The notes under the pieces were generated by a model, which saw nothing but the letters and a program-made list of their open reading frames with translations, ran no database searches and had not been told where the DNA came from. The position numbers were made by a program, and so were the translations under genes. Positions 52,257 through 61,512 of a stretch of DNA of 64,000 nt are shown here, piece after piece. The stretch covers positions 99,758,001 through 99,822,000 of the forward strand of contig CM097884.1 of the NCBI GenBank assembly GCA_044892505.1, given 5' to 3'. This stretch comes from Schmidtea nova. Lineage: Eukaryota. Each line of letters opens with the position of its first letter. Within the stretch, counting starts at the first letter, position 1.

Positions 52257-52734
52257 TTTATAAATTGTGACAACATCTTAAAAATGTCTTTGTATTTATA
52301 GTGATGAGTTATGTCTTTGTCCAATCAAAATCATGCATTTGTATGACTGCATGTCTTTGTTTTGCATGCATATGTATGTGTGTGTCTTTGTTGTATGTAT
52401 GATTGTGTGTTTAATTAATGTGTTTATCAACTTTATTTATCATGTTTTTATCATAATAAAAAATGACTTTTCAAAATTTAAAACTAATTATCGTGTTTTC
52501 TATCATATTAAATAATGACTTTTCAAAATTAAAACATATCACAGAAACTTATTTACATTCAAAAAGTTATTCTACTAATTTTTTACTTTATCTTTCTTTA
52601 AAGACTTTTATTTTTACTTTAAAATACACTAAAATAAAGTGAAATAAAAACCGAAGACATAAATAAATAAACATTTATTAAAGCGTAACAAAAATAATAA
52701 CATATAACAAATAAAAATGATAATACAAAAACAT

Positions 52735-53342
52735 TTATTCAACCATGTCAATATCATTATCAACTTTGCGATGGCATTCATCGCAATTGGGTGATTCTGG
52801 TGATTCTTGCGATGCTGGAGACTGATCGCATTCCAGCGGATATGGTCCATCGATGGTTGGTGCTGGACAATTTGAAGAATCGGGACCATCAGTATTTTGG
52901 TCACATTCGGACGCATCTTCAGGAGTTGAGTTTGGCCATTGTATTGGTGTTTCTTCATTTTCTTTTTCTTTTCGAGAATCCATCTCGAAATTTTTGAGCG
53001 CCTTTCTCAAAACCCAAATCCGATATTTTGCAATTCTATCTGTACAGTGACCGCATTGGTAGGCACAAAGAATGTGCTCTGCCATGAATGGCAGCTCCAA
53101 ATCCAAGTTGGCCAGGTGATCTAGCAAGACCTGGTTAATATCAATCCCATTGATCGATAATATTTTGATTGGGAGCATTTCCGGAGCTGTATAAATTAAA
53201 TTCGCCATTAGATTAGGAAACATCTCCTCTACTTTCCCTAAAAGAACTGTCATTAATTTATCTAAAAAATAAATATTATAATAATGAAAAATAATAAATT
53301 CAAAACTTTACCATATTTCACTAGAGTGGATTTTAGACACAT
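52735..53342 (-). CDS. Polinton accessory protein (about 185 aa, two predicted exons), unknown function
   Basis: Exon 1 53342-53312 (MCLKSTLVKY), 50-nt GTAAAG...TTTAG intron, exon 2 from 53261 in frame with ORF 52735..53253. Acidic, Pro-rich tail. Confidence 0.65.
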
Positions 53343-53514
53343 TGTAAAATTATAATGAATGAAAAATATTCATTCTATATATACCAAAGTAACACACAAG
53401 AAATTGAAACACACAATCAACAAATCAGATTCGAGTATGTATAATATGTCTTTATTATTGAAATAGACACTGAACCAATCAGAATCGTGCATTTCTTTTG
53501 CATCTTATTTGCAA

Positions 53515-53982
53515 TCATGAGTCACACGATAATATGAAATCAACAAAGGCTTTATCTTCAATAATTGATTTTATATCTGTAATAATATTATCAACTATAT
53601 TTAAATAGTCTTTGTCTTTTAAACCTAATATAACTATTTTACCACTTGCAAATATATTAACACACATGGGATTATATTTTATATATCTCAAAGCTGGAAA
53701 TAATTCAGGCTCATAAACACATTCTAGTAATTTAGCCAAATCATTTAAATTACAAATAAATCCTAAATCTGACGTTACAGTAATCGATTGGATTGTTAAA
53801 TCATAAATCTTTACTTTTTCATCACTTATAAATTCCTTGCATCCCATAATTCTAAATCTCCCGGTCTTAAAATATATTATCGGATATTTACCACTTCTAT
53901 CAATAATTTGTTGTGGTTTCCCCTTAGGAAATTTCATGTGTGATACATCTGTCTTACCCTTATAATTTATGTTGCTAATCAT
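53515..53982 (-). CDS. TATA-binding protein (TBP)-like protein, 155 aa
   Basis: Second TBP repeat clear: TIQSITVTSDLGFICNLNDLA...YEPELFPALRY...NIFASGKIVILGLK. First repeat shortened: ISNINY...IIYFKTGRFRIMGCK. Confidence 0.88.
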   Translation of the reverse strand: MISNINYKGKTDVSHMKFPKGKPQQIIDRSGKYPIIYFKTGRFRIMGCKEFISDEKVKIYDLTIQSITVTSDLGFICNLNDLAKLLECVYEPELFPALRYIKYNPMCVNIFASGKIVILGLKDKDYLNIVDNIITDIKSIIEDKAFVDFILSCDS

Positions 53983-54044
53983 TACTGGAAATTTTTTAAA
54001 TATGATAATAATAATTAAAACTATTATTTAAAACAAATATAAAC

Positions 54045-54087
<43 letters not shown>

Positions 54088-54103
54088 TAATAAAATAAAA
54101 AAT

Positions 54104-54727
54104 ATGGAATTAAGAAATGATGCAGTGTTTCAAATTGTTGGACCAAGCGGGAGTGGAAAAACTTTATTTGTTTGTAAATTATTACAATCAAAATTATTTA
54201 AATCAAAGTTTAATAAAATTTATTGGCATAGGGGTGCGGATGATGAACATGGAATGACTCAAGATCAATTTTGTAAAATAAAAATGACTATAATAAAAGG
54301 TTTCGATAAAAATTGGTCATCTAGATTAAGAGAAGGGGATGTGATTATTATTGATGATTTGTACCAAGAAGCAAATAAAGAAAAGGATTTTAACAATTTA
54401 TTTACCAAAATCGCTAGACACAAAGGTGTTACAGTCATATTTATTACTCAGAATTTATTTCATCAGGGCGGTAGTCATCGAACTCGTAATTTGAATGTTC
54501 AATATCTTGTTGTTTTTAAAAATCCTAGAGACGCAACAGTGATTGATTTTCTTGCAAGACAAGCATACCCTTCTAATCGTAATTTCTTGATTGATGCATT
54601 CCAAGATGCCACAAAAGCACCTCATGGATATCTTTTTCTTGATTTCACACAACAATGTAGTGATGATTTAAGAGTTAGAACCTATATTTTCAACAAGGAA
54701 GGAGCCATGGTTTATAAACAAAGTTAA
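54104..54727 (+). CDS. Polinton DNA-packaging ATPase (A32/FtsK-like)
   Basis: Walker A GPSGSGKT, Walker B VIIIDDL, ARHKGVTVIFITQN, FKNPRD. Confidence 0.95.
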   Translation: MELRNDAVFQIVGPSGSGKTLFVCKLLQSKLFKSKFNKIYWHRGADDEHGMTQDQFCKIKMTIIKGFDKNWSSRLREGDVIIIDDLYQEANKEKDFNNLFTKIARHKGVTVIFITQNLFHQGGSHRTRNLNVQYLVVFKNPRDATVIDFLARQAYPSNRNFLIDAFQDATKAPHGYLFLDFTQQCSDDLRVRTYIFNKEGAMVYKQS

Positions 54728-54747
54728 CTAGATGTATATTATCAATC

Positions 54748-55290
54748 ATGTTAATGAAATCTAGAGTAAAGTTTGAGCGCTTGATAAAGGCTAGAAAAAT
54801 GAAGAAACCGGGAAAGAAATTAGTTTCAAAGAAAGTATTTACAAAGAAAACAAAGAAACCAGTTTCAAAAACTAGTTATACACCATCTAAAAAATTACTT
54901 ATTGATAATATCCCAAAAAGTAATCGTATTCAAAATACTTACAAACCAAATCCAAAACAAATACATCATCGTAGTTTCCCATTTTTCAACGCATTACTTA
55001 AAGCCCCTAGTATTAGAAGAATGAGTATTTTACAATCGTTTCCTAATTACGTTATTGACGATTTACTAATGATTTTAATTAAAGTTGTTAGAGGTAAAAT
55101 CAATATAAGTGAATCTAATAGAAGAGTTTTGAACAAACACAAGAAACCATTGTTATCACTTGTAAAAACCAAAAATAGAAAATTAATGCGTAAAATAATA
55201 TATAAACAACAAGGAGGGTTTATTGCAGCATTGTTACCATTAGCATTATCACTATTAGGAGGTGCTGGTTTATTAGGAAAACAGTCATAA
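54748..55290 (+). CDS. Basic Polinton core/virion protein with hydrophobic C-terminal peptide
   Basis: Lys/Arg-rich. Ends QQGGFIAALLPLALSLLGGAG, similar to the adenovirus pX-type GG-hydrophobic tail. Confidence 0.7.
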   Translation: MLMKSRVKFERLIKARKMKKPGKKLVSKKVFTKKTKKPVSKTSYTPSKKLLIDNIPKSNRIQNTYKPNPKQIHHRSFPFFNALLKAPSIRRMSILQSFPNYVIDDLLMILIKVVRGKINISESNRRVLNKHKKPLLSLVKTKNRKLMRKIIYKQQGGFIAALLPLALSLLGGAGLLGKQS

Positions 55291-55345
55291 ACAATGGGAC
55301 AATCATTGCCTAATCTTAATTTAAACTTTAAATCTTCTTGTTGTA

Positions 55346-56393
55346 ATGGAGAAGATTTGGACCAACCCAAAACACGAAGCAGGTTTCGGTGGAGTCGAAA
55401 AGCTAAGCAAAAATGTATTGAATTCGAAAAAACAGACTCAAAGTTGGTTATCGGGGCAACTTGCATACAGTCTAAACAAACCGATGCTGAAACGGTTTCC
55501 GACTCGAGCATATAAAACATATAGAATTAATGATTTGTGGCAAATGGATTTGATGGAAATGATTCCGTATTCAAAAATTAACAAGGGATACAAGTATATT
55601 TTAACATGTATTGATGTTTACAGTCGTTTCGCTCGAGCTATTCCAGTAAAATCTAAATCTGCTAATGATATGGCAATCGCAATCAAAACAATGATGAAAA
55701 AGGATCGTCCAACTAATTTACAAACTGATTTGGGTAAGCTAATAAATATTTTATATAATGATAATTATTTATCCAGGTAAGGAATTTTACAATAGCAAAG
55801 TCAAAGAAATTATAAAGGGAATCAATCATTACTCAGTATTCTCTCAATTCAAAGCCGCTCATGTTGAAAGACTTAATCGTACATTACGAGATCGTCTCAA
55901 AAAATATTTTGTGCATCAAGGTAATAAAACATGGATTAATGTTTTACCACAAATTATTCATAGTTATAATCATTCTGCTCATCGAGGTATAAATGGAAAG
56001 AAACCTGCTGAAGTAGTTGATACTGAAAATATTTTGAGTGATACAAAAATAAAGAAACCAAAATATAAAATAGGTGATCATGTTCGAATTAGTAAAATTA
56101 GCGCATCGCCATTCATTAAAAATTTTGATGGTAATTGGAGTGATGAGGTATTTCAAATATCGAAAGTCAACACAGTCCAGAATCCTGTCATGTATACTAT
56201 TTCTGATTCTGATAACAATATAGTCAGTGGAAAATTCTATGAACAAGAATTACAAGTTATTCCCCCTCCGACAATATTTAGAATTCAAAAAATATTGAAA
56301 ACTAAAATGGTCGGTAAAGATAAACAATACTACGTCAAGTGGCATGGATATAAAGAACCATCATGGATATCGTCAAAAAACCTAGTAAAGTGA
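55346..56393 (+). CDS. Retroviral-type integrase with C-terminal chromodomain; one predicted 43-nt intron (55734-55776)
   Basis: WQMDL (D), LQTDL|GKEFY (D), AAHVERLNRTL (E). Chromodomain YYVKWHGYKEPSWI. Confidence 0.95.
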
Positions 56394-57409
56394 ATTTTTA
56401 TACTATATTACCAAGTAATAGCTGTCCGCTAATACATCCAGACAATCAAGCCAGTAAATTCATGGTCAATCTTCAAAATCCAATTTATTTAGATGGTAAT
56501 TGGGAAGTTGCATTACAAGATTTCACGTTTGTGTACAATACATTTCCATTTTATAGTCAATGTAAGATTGATTACAAAAGAATTGAAAATAGAACATGCA
56601 GTGGTCTATTCATCATCAACAATTTTGAAAGAATTTATAATATTCCTAACCAAAATTTGAATGTTCATTGTAGTATGTATTTCAGCAATGGTTGTTTAAA
56701 TATTAATTGTGATTTTACTCCATATACAATTACATTTAAAAATATTGAAGAAGCCAAGCGAATGGGAAGTAATCAACTTAAAATTGTGAGTACACTGAAA
56801 GAATATCAATTAAAGTTCATATTATTTGAACCGAATAGTTATTTGAAAGAAGATATTACGGTGACAATATCTTATGAGGCAGAAATTGAAGATACATTTA
56901 CATTTGCAAATGATTTGTATATAGTACAATTGGAAGATTTATCTAAATATTTATCATTCAATTGTTCCCATATCTTTAAAACTCTAGAGATTAATAAATG
57001 GTTCCAATTCTGTCTCAATGATAATATTAGTGAAGTTACATTTGATAAAAACTTGGTCAATACTTTAGGATTAGCTAAACAAACGTATAGAGACCGAAAC
57101 CTTATCGATGGGACTGTGAAACCTAAAATACTTGTTCATCATCAACAAATGTTCATTTACAGTAACATTATTGAACCAATAATTGTCGGTGATTCTCTGG
57201 TTCCTCTACTGAAATCTGTATGGATCGAAAAATATGAACAGGATGAAGTTGTACAAATAGTAATGGATAATCCAATGTACTTACCTATTTCTACCTCATG
57301 TATAAACAATATAGAAATAAATATACGTGACGATAGTGGTAAATTAATAAATTTTCCAAAAGATTCAAAAACATATTTGACATTACATTTTCGTAAATTA
57401 AATGAGTAA
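56363..57409 (+). CDS. Minor capsid protein (penton, PX)
   Basis: FYTILPSNS...NQASKF.V.L..PI.L.G.WEVAL; IYSNIIEP.IVGD...PLL; YLPI...INNIEINIRDDSG...F...LTLHFRK. Confidence 0.9.
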   Translation: MDIVKKPSKVNFYTILPSNSCPLIHPDNQASKFMVNLQNPIYLDGNWEVALQDFTFVYNTFPFYSQCKIDYKRIENRTCSGLFIINNFERIYNIPNQNLNVHCSMYFSNGCLNINCDFTPYTITFKNIEEAKRMGSNQLKIVSTLKEYQLKFILFEPNSYLKEDITVTISYEAEIEDTFTFANDLYIVQLEDLSKYLSFNCSHIFKTLEINKWFQFCLNDNISEVTFDKNLVNTLGLAKQTYRDRNLIDGTVKPKILVHHQQMFIYSNIIEPIIVGDSLVPLLKSVWIEKYEQDEVVQIVMDNPMYLPISTSCINNIEINIRDDSGKLINFPKDSKTYLTLHFRKLNE

Positions 57410-57767
57410 TCCCGATATAATTTCATTGTATAGTAATAGCCAAACCGGTGGTGAATTACCGTATTTTGTAGGTAAGCAGTATGGATCAGGTTGGTTGAAA
57501 ACTATTGGTAGATTTGCACTTCCAATTCTTAAACGACTAGGTAGTTTTGGAATGAAAACTGCTAGAGATGTTATCATGAAAGACCAGAAAATATTGCCTT
57601 CATTGAAAACGAATGCTATGGATGCTGTTTCAAAAGCGATTCCTTCAATTACAAATATGTTTACAAAAAAAGAACCTGAACCTGAACCAGTAGAACCAAA
57701 ACGTAAAAAAGGTAGAAAGCGTATAAACAATCGAATGAAAGGACATGGAACTATATTTGAAGAATGA
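57402..57767 (+). CDS. Conserved small Polinton virion protein (QxGxG type, amphipathic helix)
   Basis: SQTGGELPYFVGKQYGSGWLKTIGRFALPILKRLG. Overlaps the stop and start codons of its neighbours. Confidence 0.75.
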   Translation: MSNPDIISLYSNSQTGGELPYFVGKQYGSGWLKTIGRFALPILKRLGSFGMKTARDVIMKDQKILPSLKTNAMDAVSKAIPSITNMFTKKEPEPEPVEPKRKKGRKRINNRMKGHGTIFEE

Positions 57768-58983
57768 TTTGCGGTAAATCTGAATTATGTCTTTTTGATC
57801 GACCATCTCCCCAAGCAGTTATTGAATATGGGGTGTTTGAAGATGTGTTTCCAATGAATTCCATTACAGATAGTAGAAATGATATCGAATTTTACATTAA
57901 CGGTTCACAAACCGAATATTTAGATTTGAATGATACTTTATTATCCGTTACTGTCAAAGTTGTAGATAAAGATAAAAAACAATTAGCTGATGCTAGTGAT
58001 GTAGTACCTAATAATTACCTGTTTCATACACTTTTCAAAGATGCAATTCTTGGATTTAATAATATAAAGGTTGAAGGTGGAAACAATACATATGCGCACA
58101 AGGCAATAATTGAAACTATTTTAAATTATACTAGTGATGCAAAAGAAACTTGTCTTACTCCAATGGGATACGGCGCATCTGACGATAGAAAAAAGTGGAT
58201 TAAAGGATCGAAACTTTTCAACATGTGTTCATCATTACAACTAGATTTTTTGGATCAACCTAAATATTTACTTCCTGGAGTTAATGTACATATTAGATTG
58301 AAGAGATCTGATTCTGCATTATCATTGGCATCTACAGCTGGGAAACCAATAATACAAATAGTAGATGCAAAATTAATGGTACGAAGAGTTCGATGTGAAT
58401 CTTCAGTATTAGCTGGGCATCAAATTGGATTAAATAACAAACATGCAATTTATCCGATAAAATCAAAAGAAATTGTATCTTTTGCAATCGGTAAAGGGGC
58501 ATCATCTTTTTACAAGGAGCAAATATTTGGAGATAGAAGAATGCCTAATTTCATTCTTGTAGCTTTTCAAACTGAAAATCAATATAACGGATCTTATTCT
58601 GCTTCTTCATCTACATTCAAACATTTCAATGTAACATCATTATCTCTGTCAAAAAATACTGATTATCGGGAAACTTATAATCAAGATTTTGAAAATGATA
58701 ATTTTAGTGCCACATATATGCAAAGTCTTGTCCGGAATTTAGGATATTTGGATAAAAACTTGAATTGTGGTATAAGTCTAGATGAATTTAAATCAAGTTA
58801 TCCATTCTTACGTTTGTTCTTGCTCCTGATTTCGATTTGAATCAAAGTCAAATCCCTCAAAATGGAAATTTACGATTAGATATCAAATTTGGTAAAGCCA
58901 TTGAGGAACCGGTTCATGTATTAATATATGGAGTTTTTGAAAATGAAATCCAAATTACTGCAAATCGAACAGTATTAGTTTGA
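57764..58983 (+). pseudogene. Double jelly-roll major capsid protein (PY) with a single 1-nt frameshift near 58810
   Basis: KSELCLF, IEFYING...YLDLNDTLL, LQLDFLDQPKYLLPGV, YPI. The conserved C-terminus (FVLAPDFD...GNLRLDIKF...LIYGVFENEIQI) continues in another frame to TGA at 58981-58983. Confidence 0.9.
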
Positions 58984-59048
58984 GCTCAAACATCTTTGGT
59001 TTGAACTCTTATAGTATAAATGAACCAAATCACTATAGTAAAATTATC

Positions 59049-59431
59049 ATGGAGTAAGATTTTAATTTGTAAAAATAATTAATTAAATTAGTTCAATTCA
59101 GGTATATAGACTTGGCAAAAAACTATTGGGAAATCAATTTATTGGAGTTTATCCATTAGATAAAATTCCTTATCTGGATGTTAATCAAGCTATCATCGTA
59201 AAAACTCAGACATCTACTTTGGGTGGTGAACATTGGATTGCTGTTTACGTTAAACCAGATCGAATATATGCATTTGATCCATTTGGATGTTATTATCCCA
59301 ATTTATTAGTTAGTAAATTGCAAACTTTGGGTAAACCGATTGTATACAATAGAATTCGATATCAACATCCATTAACAATTACTTGTGGTCAACATTGTCT
59401 TGCATGGTTATTATCCATGTTATATGTATAA
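59049..59431 (+). CDS. Adenain-like cysteine protease (start uncertain, possibly spliced)
   Basis: FIGVYPLD, GGEHWIAV (His), FDPFG (Asp), YQHPLTITCGQHC (Gln/Cys). Confidence 0.9.
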
Positions 59432-59463
59432 ACAATTTAATAAAAATAAAATTTAGTATAAAA

Positions 59464-59850
59464 ATGACTTGTTATTTTATTGATTTTATAGGAATTTACA
59501 ATAATGGAAGATTAATTATTAATGAATTATGTATTATAAACGTTAATAATATTTTTAGACCTAAATATTACATATATAATAAAGTTTGTAGTGAGTGGTA
59601 TGAGGAGGAAGATTACTTTTGTCCAACATGTATTATGAAAGATATTGAAGATAGTAATGCTATTTTCTATGTCACGGATATGGATAAACTTATTGCTTTG
59701 AAGAAATATTTTCCCACTTTGAGACTAATCAAATATAATTTAAAAGAAATTGAAGATGTTCCAGATAATATTTCTTGTCCCTATAGAGACCATAGTATGT
59801 GTGCCTATAAAGAATGTTTGCGTAGTGTTATAGATTATTTAAAGTCATAA
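59464..59850 (+). CDS. Polinton accessory protein, 128 aa, Cys-rich C-terminus
   Basis: Intact ORF. N-terminal FIDFIG...IINEL and C-terminal CPYRDHSMCAYKEC. Confidence 0.6.
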   Translation: MTCYFIDFIGIYNNGRLIINELCIINVNNIFRPKYYIYNKVCSEWYEEEDYFCPTCIMKDIEDSNAIFYVTDMDKLIALKKYFPTLRLIKYNLKEIEDVPDNISCPYRDHSMCAYKECLRSVIDYLKS

Positions 59851-60252
59851 ATATATTGTTATTTCAATAAATTTATTTCATTGTATTAATGTCTTTTATT
59901 ATTATTATTTAATGAATATTATTATTTTCAAACTAACAAAGTTAACAAAGACTAGATAAAGTCGACAATGACGTCAGAGGTCATGAACGCGCATGTCTTT
60001 ATGAATTCACATGGAAACTGACATGACATCATATGTTATATTGACACACATACTAGTATTATAAACACGTCAGTGTATTAACCATAAAGAAATATATGTG
60101 TGCGTATATTTCTCTCACCTAAAACGTATTTGATTGGCCGGTTAATAACCGTTGAAATATTTTAGTTATATACACTATCTTTTCATTTTTCATCACTTTT
60201 TAACAACCAATTTTACTATTGCATTCAATTTAATTAAAATCTCTCAATCAAC

Positions 60253-60735
60253 ATGCTGAATAATATTAAAAATATAACTAAGAAGAATGTCACCGCCATG
60301 GGTAATTTTATTTTTTATTTTATTATATTATCTTTAAATTATTTCAATTTTTAGCAGCTTCGAATGATTCCAAGTTGAAGTATGAAGCCCCAGTAAATAT
60401 TGTTTTAGGGCAAAATGGTATTTATTTTTATTTTAAATATATTTTTTAAAATTTAAAATTTTAGAAATTCGACAAGTTAAATCAAATTTATTCAGACCGA
60501 TAGACCAACGCGGACGCATTTTTCCCGCTGATATTGATGCCGAATATACCAATGGTAATTTATTATTTAATATTATATATTTTTATTTTAGAAATTATTT
60601 TAGAAAGTAATGACGAATGTAGAAAATCGTCAAAACAATTTAATAATAATGATGAAGATATGCCAAAGAATTCGGAGGAAATGTATAATATTTCGGATGA
60701 TGATGATATTTTGAATGAAAATGAATCTGATAAAT
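60253..60735 (+). CDS. Predicted 5' exons 1-4 of the pPolB transcript (or a separate spliced gene)
   Basis: Exons 60253-60301, 60355-60417, 60465-60554 and 60592(or 60604)-60735, joined by GT-AG phase-1 introns of 37-53 nt in one open frame. Confidence 0.7.
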
Positions 60736-61512
60736 GTAAGTTTTTATTCTATTTTTATAGCATTTTGAAATACTTTTTTAATTTTATAATATATAATTAA
60801 TAATTTTATAATATGTAATAAATGATTTTCTTAATATTAATAATAATAATTTTACTATTANNNNNNNNNNNNNNNNNNNNNNNNNNNNNNNNNNNNNNNN
60901 NNNNNNNNNNNNNNNNNNNNNNNNNNNNNNNNNNNNNNNNNNNNNNNNNNNNNNNNNNNNNNNNNNNNNNNNNNNNNNNNNNNNNNNNNNNNNNNNNNNN
61001 NNNNNNNNNNNNNNNNNNNNNNNNNNNNNNNNNNNNNNNNNNNNNNNNNNNNNNNNNNNNNNNNNNNNNNNNNNNNNNNNNNNNNNNNNNNNNNNNNNNN
61101 NNNNNNNNNNNNNNNNNNNNNNNNNNNNNNNNNNNNNNNNNNNNNNNNNNNNNNNNNNNNNNNNNNNNNNNNNNNNNNNNNNNNNNNNNNNNNNNNNNNN
61201 NNNNNNNNNNNNNNNNNNNNNNNNNNNAAATAATTTATGATATTATTTTAATAATTTTAAACTATTTAAGATATTTCAAGACATATCATAGTAAATTCGT
61301 TACTATAATATTTCTTCAAATATTTTAAACTTACTATTTCAAGTTATTTTTATAATAATAATAATTTACGTTATCTCACGATGAAATCGAGATAATGTAC
61401 AAATATTTTATAATACTATTTTAATTCAATTTTAATTGTATAATTTTAATTTTATATTCTATTTTAATAATAATAATAATAAACATTTTATAATTTTCTC
61501 CTGTATATTCAG

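Larger units (their letters stand above)
10248..61228. other. Seven assembly gaps (N runs)
   Basis: 10248-10670, 13352-13527, 16093-16257, 37462-37783, 42866-43148, 51553-51784, 60861-61228. Confidence 1.

Noticed and set aside
10130-61328. ORF-track entries containing X runs
   Set aside because: Artefacts of N gaps.
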